From: Okamejei kenojei
Lineage: Eukaryota
Assembly (NCBI GenBank): GCA_035221665.1
Contig: CM069155.1
Span: forward strand, 27,776,001-27,840,000
DNA: 64,000 nucleotides
Direction of reading: 5' to 3'
A program made the position numbers and the translations under genes. Of the stretch, positions 12,800-25,594 are shown in pieces; the first letter of the stretch is position 1, and each line of letters begins with the position of its first letter. The notes below the pieces were generated by a model, which worked only from the letters and a program-made list of their open reading frames with translations, searched no databases and was not told the origin of the DNA.

Positions 12800-14200
12800 G
12801 AAAACAATGATATTGGTGTTTGTGTATTTATTGTTATGTGTACTGAGATTTTGCAAAAAGCTGCTTTGCTTGCTATGCAGTCAAATCATGCCATACACCA
12901 GTACAATCAAACGATACACAAGTACAACAGTGCAAGGAGAAAAACAGTGTGCAGAATATAGTGTTACGGCCATAGGGACAGTGCAATAAAAAGTGTGAGA
13001 TAAGGATAGAAGAGGTGCAAATTGTGAAGCCAGAGGAAGAAATAGAGGTGGGAGGAGAAATGGGTGCAGGTCCAGGTGGAGCACAGGGAAGAGAATGGAG
13101 AAAAGGGACAAATTGTTGGTGTTGTTTATGCCCAGGAACTTGAAGTTCTCGACCATCTCCACTTCAACACCATTGATGCAGACTAAAGGGCCTGTCGACC
13201 TAACGTGGTCGCTTGAGCGTACGGCCTCGCGGGGCCGGTCCCACTTTGCTCGCCAGAGGCGTATGGAGTTGTGCGGGGCTGGTCCCGACATTGCGCGGGG
13301 CTCCGAAAAACTGACACTGTCCAAACATTCCACGCGCCTATTCCAACATTCCAAACGGCCTATCGGCCCGCAGCCGCATTGAGGACGTACGCAGCGTCTC
13401 GACGTCGTACGCAGCGTCCTGACAGCATACGCCTAGCGCGTGGTGTTGCCCGATGACGTCGCCGCCCGGCATGCAGTTGCGTGATGACGTCACCGCCCAA
13501 CGCCGTGCGACGTCCAAATTCAGTCAGCCTGCCTCCTGCCCAGCTGATTGGTGAGTATAATGTCAGGACCAGCCCCGCACAACTCCATAGGCCTCCGCGG
13601 TTCGAATTGGGACCGGCCCTGCGAGGCCGTACGCCTCAAGCGACCACGTTTGGTCGTGCTAGACACATGCTGGTGGGACAGGCCTTGAGGCATGTGCACT
13701 ATGGTTTCATTTGACAGCACAGTTAAGAGTGTATAGGGAAGATGGTAAAAGGCAGAGCACACAACCTTGCAGAGCATGGCTGTTGAGAATTAACGAGGAG
13801 AAAGTTTTCTCACCTACGTTTACTGATTGCAGTCCATGGGTCAGGAAATGTAGGATCCAGATGCAGAGGGGGTTACCGAATCCTAGGTCCAGGAATTAAA
13901 TGGGAATTGTGGTGTTGAAGGTGGAGCTATAGTCAAAAATAGGAATCGGGCATAGGTGTTCTTGTTATCCAGATGTTACTGGGATAAGTGCAGGACCAGG
14001 GAAATGGTATCTGCCATGGACTTCTTGCACCTGTAAGCTGACTTCAGTGGATCAAGGTTGTCTTGGAGATTGGAGTTGATGTGCTCCATGAGAAGCCTCT
14101 CAAAGAATTTGAAGGTGGATAACAGAGCCATCAAGCCATTAAGGCACGTGACCTTGCTTTTCTTTGGTTCAAGGATGACTCTGGTGGTGGCCTTGATGCA
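12800..14200 (-). mobile_element. Degenerate Rex1/Babar-type LINE fragment
   Basis: Minus-strand peptide INGVEVEMVENFKFLGIN typical of the RT C-terminal region; interrupted by the MITE. Confidence 0.6.
13187..13686. mobile_element. MITE (PIF/Harbinger-like) nested in a Rex1-type LINE
   Basis: Termini AGGGCCTGTC/GACAGGCCTT after TAA; about 90-bp subterminal inverted repeats 13202-13292 and 13559-13650; CpG-rich. Confidence 0.75.
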
Positions 14201-16738
14201 GGAACCTCAGAATGGAGTGATTTTTAAGGCTAAAAATGCCTCAATAAAACATCTGTATTAAAGTTCCCACACTGTTTTATTACAGTTTTTTTTCATGTCC
14301 ACCAATCGTTCCAATTTCACCTCGTATTTCACCTCATTGAAAAATGCCTTCAACAAATTGACTGTTATCTAACATTCCGCTGGAGAACCACTGCAGAGAA
14401 AACGCAGGAACTTTCCGCTCTAGTAGAGGAGTCCTATACCTCCTGACATTTATCAAAGTTTGCATAGACGTGCATGTGTTTTCCCGTTCTGGCCCATGAC
14501 TGCTGCAACCGAAGCTTGGATCACAAATAAAATGAACATAAAATGAGTGCATTAAGTGAAAGAATAATGTGAAAACGATAACATTCCTGACACTCCATTA
14601 CATATTGACAAGTAAAAAAAGAGGAACCTGTGGACAAATTAATGTATTAAAAAAACGCTTGAAGAGGAGGATTCAATCAGTTTAAATTAGACTGGGTTAG
14701 AAGAAAGGTTTAATGTTAAAATATTTTATTGTACTACTACTTGTAATTGCTATGATCCTTCTCTAACAAAGAAAAGAACCGTTTTTTCTTGGGCAGAGGA
14801 TATCTGACTAAGGTATGGCAGCATTTGGTAGCTTACCAGACTATAACCAGGATCAGTGTAAGAACAACATGAGAGGTGCTGGGTGAAGATGCAGTGGCAA
14901 AATGGTATAGGGAGGCAAATCATTATTGTGAGTTGGAATCATTACATTCAGGAAAAAACTCGAGACTGCCATTAAATACATTAAAGACTCTACACCCTAT
15001 ACAAATTATTGAAAAGAGATGTATACTTGTATATTATTGTTTCAAAATATAGAAGAGTTCTTTAATGGACTTCCTTGCCATAAAATGTTAATCTGCTCTT
15101 TAAATGCCACACAAAATAAATCAAAATAACTTGGGTTTGTAATCATCCTCTTGACCCGGTCAGGTGTTGCAGTTGACGAGGCTTAATATTTTGACTCGGT
15201 TTTGTTGTTCTGGATTTTACGAGTATTGAAAGTTCATAGTAAATCCCAGCAAAGTAATCTACTTTTCCCTGTATCCATGCAACTTATGCTCTTTCCCATG
15301 CCCATCAATGGGGAAATTGACAAACATGGGAAAGAGATCAAGTTGCATGGTTACTCAATTTCCATCCTTCATTCCCAGTAAAAGCAACTGGTAAATCTCA
15401 GGAACCTATCCATGCAATGTATTATCTTTACCAGTGTGGAGGTAAGCCTTTTGCATTCAATTCCCATCATTACCCTGCTTTCATTCTACCTGGGCAATTA
15501 ATCCTGTTCGTTTAATCTACCAGCATGTCTTTCAGATGTGGAAGGAAAACTACAGAGAGAATTTAGTCTCCACAAGCTAATGGTCAGAATCAAACTGATT
15601 TACATGAGCTGTGAACCAGTAACAGTGTTATTATACAATTTGCTTGGTTCATAATACAGTAAACATTTATTTTTATGTAATTCTGGTTATAGTGGGTGCT
15701 CCTACCAACGGCTGCCAACGCCAACCCTGGCTCGTGCTGCCTCCCCAGCTGCCCACGCTACCCCACAGCTTGTGCCACCTCCCGGGCTGCTTACAACCCT
15801 GGCTACTCACGCCATTGCCAACCTACGTCGCTTCCAGGTCGGACCTTCTGCCGCCACTGCTGGCCCACACTGCTTCCTTTGTCATTTCCTGGCCACACCT
15901 GCCACCACCACCACTGACCCTTACCTGCACTCCCGCTCGCTCCCATTGAGTCCGTCACTCCTCTCCTCACCGCTGACCGCCAGCAGGCTTGGGCTGTCAA
16001 CTCATCTGGATTCAAGGCCCAGTTCTGAAGAAGGGTCCCGACTTGAAAATCACCTATCCATGTTCTCTAGTGATGCTGCTTGACCTACTGAGTTACTCCA
16101 GCGCATTGTGTCCTTTTGTGTATTAACCAGCAACTGCTGTTGTCTATTTCTACCACCTATACAATGATAATACCGTACGCGGTTATAGTGGGAGGAGACA
16201 TTGGGGTAATCAGTAACATGCAGCATTAATTTATTTTAAAGCATGTGTTTAACTAACGATAAGAGTTGTTGCATGTATTGGGGAGAGCTGGCAAGATGAT
16301 GTTGATATGGTGTGACTTTTAGAAGATAAAGTACAACATGATAGTGAAACTAAAGGGTGCTGGCAGGGTCAACAGTGTACTGGCTAAAGAGATAGTGGGC
16401 ACCTGAACGACAGTAAAGCCAAGAATGCTTTTGTATTCCACAAATAACCCATAGCAAACCACGTGGAGGAAATTAAAGAAGCTATTCCCAAGGACAAACT
16501 CAGACAGGTGGGAAGGGAAATTGTGTGGCCTTCATTTAAGATGCAAGTGGTCCATTGGCTAATTTGCTAGGTGAAGAGAACATTTGTGGCATGAAAGTAA
16601 TCGTCCAGCTTTTCAAATCCTCCCATGGCCTTTTCCCTTTATCATTCCAAATATTGCATGAGTGAAATGCTGTTTGGTTATGTAGCTGCAGGGAGTGAGT
16701 GCAGCTTGACATACTCTTACCTCCTGTCTACCTACTAG

Positions 16739-16864
16739 GAGTGATTGGTGATCACCGCGGGCACCACACAAAGGAAACTACTGACCTGAAACAGGTGCGT
16801 GGCAGAACTGCCGAGGACACCCGCTTCTACCCGATCAATGTGGCTCAGCCCTTCCAGTTCACCC
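16739..16864 (+). CDS. DGCR2: DGCR2 exon 3 (linker)
   Basis: ctag| acceptor; GVIGDHRGHHTKETTDLKQ...FYPINVAQPFQFT matches human HHGKEAVD...VNVAQPVRFS; C|gtaagt; 126 nt. Confidence 0.93.
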
Positions 16865-18051
16865 GTAAGTTGCAGTTCCACTATCTTGATGTTTGAACAA
16901 GCTCTTCAAAAGTCAGATTGCAGCAGCTTTTTACCAGTTTTGCTGTTAAGAGAATCCTACCAAGCAAATGTTTGTGTTAAGGGGGTGGCTTCACTGGCAA
17001 AGTATGACAGCATTGTAGAGTTAACTCACAATTCTTAGTTCCTAAGTTTTATTACAAAAGTATATCTTGAGGTATAATTCCTCTATGTTGACAATAATTA
17101 TACCACCAGTAGAATTCCTGAAGTTGCTGCTGGACACTGGGGTGCAGATAATGAGAGGGCCAACTCTTTCGTATATGTTCCAAAAACCTTGCAGGTTTAC
17201 AGAATAAGTTATCTGATTCAGTTCCTGATCTGTCCAACTGGCAGACTGGGTCCTGCCCCCGGTTGAGTCAATTCTGATCAAGAATAACATGTCTGTTCAT
17301 TGTTATTTCTTGTTATTTGTATTATATTGTTTCCACCAGTATTATGCACTTACATTTTGCAAAGCTGATTTATAGGTGTTAATTTCAGATAAAAACTCTC
17401 TTGTATTCTATGCCAGTGTTACGCAATCGTATATCTGCTTTGCCTTATGTAAGGTTGTGTGGTGATTTTTCACATGATTGGATTAAGTAAGGTTTCTTTA
17501 TTTACTCAAAGCATAAATAATCCGGGACGTAGCATTGTGCTGATTGGCTGTAGAGTGAGAAGTTACAAATGCGAACATGCCTCATTCAGCAGATGGTCTT
17601 GAGTTGCTTGACGGGGAATTGGGTTAAATACATGAATCCAACACGAGGTGTGAGGAAAGAGCAGTGCTGTGTGACTCTCGGGATACTCTTCTGAAGAGCC
17701 AATGCAGGGTTATAGACGAATTTTGTTTCACTTGTTCATTTCCAGGATGTGACAATTGCTGGCAAGGCTGTCATTTACTACCTCCCTCTCATTAACAAAG
17801 TGAGTATCCTGCCAACCCCTTTGAAGTGCCATCACAATGTTGGTCTGCAGTCTTCTAGGCGAGGGGAAATAACAGATTTTCTTCCTCCATTGATTTTTTT
17901 TTGTTAACTATCTAATTAGGTTTATATTGTGGGTTCTCTCTTGCAAAATAACATAAGATTTTGTGGACATACATAAGATGTACCTTTTACATTTAGTTGC
18001 CTGCATTAGTCATACTGCAGAATTCATGCTGACAATTGGTCTTGTTGGCAG

Positions 18052-18262
18052 GTAAGTGTCCAACAGGCTGGCATCACTATGAGGGGACAGCGAGCTGTTA
18101 CAGAGTGTATTTGAATAGTGAGGACTACTGGAATGCTGTCCAAACATGTCAACGAGTGAATGGATCGTTGGCTACATTCACTACTGATCAAGAGCTGCGC
18201 TTCATACTAGCTGAAGAATGGGACCTAGAGGAACGGCCATTGAGTCGCAAGGACCAACGCAG
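18052..18262 (+). CDS. DGCR2: DGCR2 exon 4 (C-type lectin domain, N-part)
   Basis: [52 protein letters not shown]; AG|gtaag donor; 211 nt, phase 1-2. Confidence 0.97.
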
Positions 18263-18711
18263 GTAAGAATGTGGGAGTGGTGGGTGGCATGGTGGCAGAG
18301 GGAAGGAATGAGGAAACCCAGGAAGTGAGCATGAGTGTGTGGAGGCAATGAGAGAAGAATAGGTGGGGCAAAAGAGAAGTTGACAGTAAAAGCAGTGAGG
18401 AAAAAGTATAGATACGAGGGAGATTAGAGACACGGGGAGTAGGAGATACGAGTGGGAATAGTGGTCAGGGAACAGTGCTGTTAGAAAAATAAGTGGAGGG
18501 GTATTGAGGGCCAGTGTTGGAGTTGGCTCTAAGGTTATTTGGGTGGACGCAGCGAGAGGTAGTGGAAGAGGGTTATGACAGAACAGAGGGAGCATGTGTG
18601 TGGAAGGGCAGAGATTTTGTGTCAACTTGCTTTTTGATGTCAATGTTTGGTACAGCTTTGTTACCGGCAACTAGATATTTATTATCCACCTGATTAATTG
18701 TTTCTTCACAG

Positions 18712-18794
18712 GTTCTGGGTTGGTTATCAGTACACGATAACAAACAGAAGCCACACCTCACTAGAGGGACAGTGGGAAGTAGCTTATAAGAGCA
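18712..18794 (+). CDS. DGCR2: DGCR2 exon 5 (C-type lectin, middle)
   Basis: ttcacag| acceptor; [27 protein letters not shown]; A|gtaagt; 83 nt, phase 2-1; not in the ORF track. Confidence 0.93.
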
Positions 18795-20902
18795 GTAAGT
18801 ATGCTGAAAGAGAAGTTGATGTAAGTACCAGTAATGGTGACTCAGCCTCCTAGCTCTTGCTCCTCTCACCAATGTGCTATTGTGCAGAACTTTTAACGTA
18901 GAAAATCATTCCAATGCAACTTCACTGATGCATTATCAATAATATTTATCATTGAGAATCTTAAGGCTTCATTCAGATAAATGACCAGAACCACGTTTAA
19001 GGGCCAAGGAGAGGCAAAGATGGAACTGTAACAATGGTGTCTACAGGGGGATGGATAAGTACTTGTATGCTGAATATGAATTTGTAATGGAACCAAGATG
19101 GAACCAGGCAAGTGACAACCGAGGGATCAAATCAAAGGATTTGATCCCTCGGATTGACGATTGAGTTTTTGACATGGACTGGAAAAACTGGCTTTTATCT
19201 TTTTAATATTTATTTGAAGACAACTCATCCAAGCCTAAACATTGGACAGAATTGAACAAAGTAGTGACAGAGCATGGGAGGATGGTAATCAAGATGGATG
19301 ATGGCAAACTGTCCTGAACAGATGTGGGCAACAGATACCTGATTTTCAGCTAATATTGCAAAGTATGACATATAAACAATTAATGGGAAGGGAGGCCAGA
19401 GGTAATGGTGAGAGTGGCAAAGCTCTGGCAGTCTGGGTCTAATTTTATCGATAAGGAGAAAGGCCAATACAATGTAATCAAGTTAGATGAGAGGGACAGT
19501 TTTCGAGGGGAGCAGTATCCAGCTTAGTATCTCAGAACTAAGATATGAGGCTCAAGACTGCACCCGGACTGACACAGTGAGTGTGGTTCATTGCTGGCAA
19601 CCAGCAGCAGCAGCTCCATGTCTGAGCAGACCGCTGGGGATCTGCAGTCTGTTTCGTCATCCTGATGTGATGGAGCTGATGCCTCTCCCTCTATTTTCTT
19701 GGCTCTCCCCAACAAGGCCAAATCTCTATGTAACAAATTTCAATCATGGTCACACCATACTTGACTGATGCAACCCTCAACCTGTGTCACAAGAGTGAAT
19801 GGCCATGCTGCTGCTTCGCAAGAGTGAATGGCCATGCTGCTCACCCTAGCCCTCAGGCAGCCTCTGTACATTCCTGGTGGTTCTCTCCATACCGAACCAG
19901 GTGGTGATAAGATAACTAGCTGTTTCATTGGTGCAGGAGCACTGCTGGTGAGCTGAAACCTCCCCAAGGTGCTGGCAAAGTAGCACAGTGGTAATACATC
20001 TCTATATCATGCAGATAAAATACTGTATTGACCCATCTTGGCAGTGATTTTGTAAGATCTGTTGTTCTTGGGAACATGTGCTGAACATGCCACCAGTATA
20101 GTCAACTGAAGTACAATTTGCATTCATGTCAAGGAGGATGTCATACTGTTGTCACATTGGCATTTCATTAATTCCTTTGATCAGAGCTGTTTCATGCTGT
20201 GATATGAACCGTTAGAAGAAATCAAACAGGGAGTTTCAGTAAAATGAGCCATTTGACTGGGGAGGAAAGGAAGGTTGACAATTAAGGGATGAGCTAGTTA
20301 AAAGTTGTTTTGTATCGTGAGAAGCTTGATGATGATATATTTAAGAGGCACCTTGAGAAAGAACGCAAAATAAAACGCAACAAGAGAACCAGTTTAGTGG
20401 AAATGAACTAAAAATTCAGATCATAGACAAAATGAGACATGGGCATGAAAGGGCATCAGTGAGAAATACACGCTAGTCTCAAAGACGCGTGCAGTTTGTC
20501 CATCCAGTGCAGGGAAAACCTTGCACAAATGGGATTTGTTAAGTACAGATTGTATCAACAATAAGATCATGACCTTGGTTGGTAGTAGTGGTAATAATGG
20601 TTAAAAGTGGGTTAAATCATAGATCTGCAGAAAAAACATGTATGGCAAGGGACTTATTAGCAAGCTTGCTGAATTAATGGAGAGAACTCCCTCCCCTTCC
20701 TTTGAATTGCCTATGCAGAAAGAGAGATAAAATAAAGGCTCAGTTGCAGTTCTGAAATGGAAAATAGCTTGGCGGTACTAAGTAGAAAGAGTGATGGAAG
20801 ATTTGGCATGGATTCACTGGGCCTGCTGTTTTGCAGAGATGGCTTTATTTTCATGCACATTCAGCTGCATTGTACATGCTTAATAGTGTTTCTCTTCTCC
20901 AG

Positions 20903-21085
20903 GTTCCACGGAGGTGTTCCTTCCACCAGAACAGGTACCAACATTTGGAATGACCATCTCAGAGCAAGAAAATGTGCTGTGTGCTCAGCTGCAATGTTCC
21001 CACTTCCCCAGCCTGCGGCACCATGGATTACACAGCTGGTATGCCGAGAACTGCAATGAGAAGTCGGCGTTTCTCTGCAAAAGAA
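20903..21085 (+). CDS. DGCR2: DGCR2 exon 6 (C-type lectin, C-part)
   Basis: [10 protein letters not shown]...[35 protein letters not shown]; A|gtgagt; 183 nt. Confidence 0.96.
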
Positions 21086-23481
21086 GTGAGTGGTGCCAAT
21101 TGGAATCTGCCAGCCCACGAGATTGTCACTGTTATGTTCCAGTTGCAGCCAATATTAAACACAAGAAAGGTCACAGAGGTTCCAACTTAATGCAGGTTGA
21201 ATCTATCAAATTCTGCTCACAGTTCACACCTGCATGCAGGAATGGGAGGAATGTTAGAAACATAGGCCAGTTGGACTATGTTGGCCATAGGCCAGAAACA
21301 TAGGCTGGTTAGGCCAGATTTTTGTGGCTCACTTCTTCACAGGTAGTTTGTGGGTAATTGAATCTATGGTTTGAAAATGGGGGTTTGGAGGGAAGTTACT
21401 CCATTTATTTGCATTTACTGTGGTTCTGTGGTTTAGCTGTCTACTGAGGAATTGCATTTTAGGTCTGTGCCTTATATCTTTGCTCGAGTGTTTATTTGTG
21501 GTTGGGGTACTGTTCATTTTGTGTGATACTCGTGTATTAGGCAGTCTCAGTGAAGTCAAAAGATGCTGGAAATCTGAAATAAAGTAGGAAATGCTGGAAG
21601 TACTTTCTATACTACCACTTTTTTTAGAACCCTAAGATACAAACTATTAGGTATTGGCTATTTTGTGTTTAGCACCCTTAATTTCTATATGCATTCCCCT
21701 TATTAATGTTACTTCAAGTTTCTCTGTTAATTACTTCAGAGTAATTGGCTCGATTTTCCACTGGACTTGGTATATTTACTGTATTTTTGATTATACATTT
21801 GTTTAATGCCTTGGTCATATTCTTTCATAATTTCTAACTGAATACAAAATTTTGATGGTATGATTACTTTCCTCCAGAGGATCTCTCTCAATAAGATTAT
21901 TAATTTTGTCTCATTACACTTGATGAGATGCACAGTATCTTGATTCCACGATGCATCGCTCCATGAAATTGCTGCACGTATTCCTGAACTCGGTCTTTGA
22001 ATCAGTTTTGTTAATTTTATTTGTTAGTGTATGTGATGGCTACTTATGTAAAAATGATTTTCCACTCCGTGGATCAGGAGTTGGACCGGTGATGCAGGCT
22101 GTGGGATGCCTTGACGATTCCAATCCAAATTGATCTTGGGCAGAACTCTATCCTGAGATCTTTTCTTTGATACTCTATCCTGAGTTCTTTTTACTTTATC
22201 CTTCACCATCCTCCTGTCCTTTCTCTCCCAATCTTTCTTCCACTACTTAAGGCTTATTGGTTTGCTATTGGCTATATTTTAGTCTAAGCTCAAGCTACAT
22301 GTGCAGAGTTCACTGTTCTAATAAAGGGTTTTCAACTCAAAAGATGAACTGTTTCTCTTTCAACAGAGGCTGCCTAATCTGCATTTTTCATTTTTATTCC
22401 ATTGTTGTTTCACTGAATCGGTTTAACCTTTTTTAACCGTTTTTTAACTCTTTTTAAATTGCCCATATTTGCCGTTCCAACTTCTAAGTTTCAGGCATTA
22501 GGATTTCCAAACGCTATTTTCAGTTTTAGAGCTCTGTGGCAAATATTTTGCAGTATCCCCTTTCCTCCATCACACATTTTAAGTGAGAGTGGCTAGGCCC
22601 GCGGTTTCGGGTTTCAAATTCTGACTTCTGAACCTTGAGACGATGCACTGGCTGACACTGGAATACACCCAGCCCCAGCTGCTGTGTCTTTCATCGTAAC
22701 TGAGCTGATGATTGATCAGCCTGCAGGTGTCCCTGACAACTCTTTCAACTGATCCTTCAACTCAGTGACTGTTTGTTTCTGACTTCTTTCTCATTTCTGA
22801 GCTGCAGTGTATTATTCTGGCCGTCTTCATTTTTTTTTTTTTTTTGTGTTAACCTCTCCAACCGACATTGTTTCTTTCCATCTGCCGTGCAACTGTTTCT
22901 AACTCTTGGGCTTTATACCTCAGAATCTTCAGAATATTCCATATCTTGGTGCAGTATCTCGACCCATAACGTTAGCCAACCCTTTAGTTCCACAGATGCT
23001 GCTGAGTTCCTTCAGCAGTTTGTTTTTTGCTTCTAACTCCAACAATTTTTTGTTTTCTTTTCAAACCACTTTGTTCATCCACCGTACCAAAGTCCAAAGA
23101 TTTAAGTGCACAACATACAAGAGAACTATAAAGCTTTGAGGAAATAAATTGCAGGATAGACAGTCAGTGGATGTTGTATACTTGGATGTTCAGAAGGCCT
23201 TTAAGGTGCCACACGTGAGGCACTAGCATGTATTGAAGACGGGCTGAATGGCAGAAGGCAAAGAGTGAGAATAAAGATGGATTTCTCTGGTTGGCTAGTG
23301 AAGTTCCACAGAGGTTGGTGTTAGGCCCGCTACCATTCACAATGTATATTAATAATTTGGATGAGGGAAGTGATGGCTTTGTGCACAAGTTTGCAGATGA
23401 TACCAAGATGGGTAGAAGGGCAGGTTGTGCAAAGGAAGCAGAAGTACTTGGACAGATTGGGAAAGTGGGCAAAGAAATGGC

Positions 23482-23853
23482 CACCAATGTCAGTGAGGCT
23501 AAACGCAAATTGGAGGAACAGCAACTCCTATTTTGGGCAGCTTACAACCCAGGGGTATGAATATTGATTTATATAACTTCAAGTAAACCCCTGCTTTCCC
23601 TCTCTCTCCATCCCTCCCCCACCCAAGTCACACCAGCTTTTTGTTCTCACCGAGCAAACAACCAACCATGCCCTGTTTCTTTTATCATCGTTACTACTTT
23701 TTTTGCATATCTTTCTACATCATCGTCTATATCTCTCATTTCCCTTTCCCGTGACTTTCAGTCTGAAGAAGTGGCTTGACCCGAAATGTCACTCATTCCT
23801 TCTCTCCAGGGATGCTGCCTATCCCACTAGGTTACTCCAGCATTTTGATTCTA
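23482..23853 (+). mobile_element. 3' fragment of a Penelope-like element (GIY-YIG C-terminus plus terminal repeat with hammerhead-like core)
   Basis: Translates EAKRKLEEQQLLF...QPRGMNID across a frameshift, resembling PLE endonuclease tails; continues into CTGAAGA(23763)...GAAA(23783)TGTC. Confidence 0.7.
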
Positions 23854-24024
23854 TATGCAAGCTAGTGAAAATTACTTTGAGTCCCAATAGCTGTTATCTC
23901 TTCAAATTGATTTATTTTTTTAATTCTGCCAATGAATTGGATAATTGTCCACTTTCCCTTTTATACTCCCATCTGCCTCCTTGTCTACTCACTTAACATG
24001 TCGAACCTTGTGCTTATGTTCCAG

Positions 24025-24228
24025 GCCAAACCTGTGTGGATATAAAAGATAACGTGGTAGATGAGGGCAAGTACTTTACTCCAAAGGGTAATGATCCATG
24101 CTTGAGCTGCACCTGCCACAACGGCGAGCCTGAAATGTGTGTAGCAGCTTTGTGTGAGCGGCCACAAGGGTGTCAACACTTTGAAAAGGATCCAAAGGAA
24201 TGCTGCAAATTCACATGTCTTGACCCAG
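24025..24228 (+). CDS. DGCR2: DGCR2 exon 7 (VWC-like cysteine-rich domain)
   Basis: [49 protein letters not shown]...[10 protein letters not shown]; G|gtaaag; 204 nt. Confidence 0.97.
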
Positions 24229-25034
24229 GTAAAGCAACTCCCACCCAGCATGTGATGTGGTTTAAAGAGTGGCTGCAGCAGGGAATCACTGGCTGGTGTC
24301 TCTTGAGCACTAGTGTAGATCATTACAAGTGCGCCTAATGACAGAATCTATTTGTAGATTGGAAGCAGTAAGTCCATGAGTTTATCGTATCTGTGGAGGA
24401 AAGTTGTTGCTGGAAATTCAGATATGGGTCTGGTTCGGTACGTGCTGCTTCTCGTGGGCAGTACGAGTGAGACAAACTTTTCTCGCTGTTCCCCATTTGT
24501 TCTTGAACTGTTGCATCCTCCTGGTGAAGGAGCTGAAGCAGGAAAACATGGATTCAAGTTTGAGATCCAGAATATTTTCTGTCATTTCCATGCTCTAGAC
24601 AATCAAAGATGCTGCCATTCTGGTGTTGTTAAACCAAAAACGAGTGAGTTGTTACACTTTGAATTCTCCCTCAACAAGCAACACAAAGCAGATTATCTCA
24701 TTGTTATCACATTGCTGTTTCTGGAAGCTTGTCCAGAAATTCCAACAGTTGAAATAGCTTCAACGTAATTAACTTTAAAGCAGGCTGGGGAAAAGCGGTA
24801 AATGCAGTTCTTTCCTTTATTTCTAAAACATACCCCAATTGAATACCACTTTCCATGCTCAATGGATGCCCCTCACCCCTCATCACTTCCCCCTCAATGA
24901 TGCTAGCGACCACCACATCAGGGCCAACGACAAAGTTAATGCTTTTCACTTCAATTTCAGCCTTGTGTCAAGTGAATACTCTGTTGTGGGAGGAAACTGA
25001 AACAACCTCCCAACCCAATCTTCACATATTCGAG

Positions 25035-25240
25035 GATAGACACAAAATGCTGGAATAACTCAGTGGGACGGGCAGCATCTCTGGAGAGAAGGAATGGTTG
25101 ATGTTTTGGGACGAGACCCTTCTTCAGTCTCGACCCGAAACGTCACCCATTCCTTCTCTCCAGAGATGCTGCCTGTCCCACTGAGTTACTCGAGCATTTC
25201 GTGTCTATCTTCGATTTAAACCACCTTCTGCAGTTCTTTC
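25035..25240. mobile_element. Head-to-head inverted pair of Penelope-derived repeats
   Basis: gatagacacaaaatgctgg...ggaatggttgatgtttt mirrored by gaaacgtcacccattcc...cattt cgtgtctatc. Confidence 0.8.
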
Positions 25241-25441
25241 CTTCACATATTCGACTCGCTCTAGCAAGAAATATTTAAGATCACAAAGGCCTTGGTTTCA
25301 GATAACATTGTGCATTTGGTTTGAGGTCTGGCTGTGTCTCCAAGCAAACTGTTCCAGAGGAGTTGCAATTTGAGTAGCTAAGAAAATCTTAGGCAGCTGG
25401 AGTGCTGAATGTAACTGCCCTGTGTTTCCCAATGCCCACAG

Positions 25442-25594
25442 ATGGCAGCGGCATTTTTGATTCTATGGCGAGTGGAATGCGTCTGATCGTAAGCTGCATC
25501 TCCTCCTTCCTCATTCTGTCACTGCTCCTCTTCATGGTCCACCGGTTACGGCAACGACGGAGAGAACGCATCGAGTCTCTTATTGGGGGGAACT
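25442..25594 (+). CDS. DGCR2: DGCR2 exon 8 (transmembrane helix)
   Basis: [51 protein letters not shown]; T|gtaagt; 153 nt. Confidence 0.97.
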
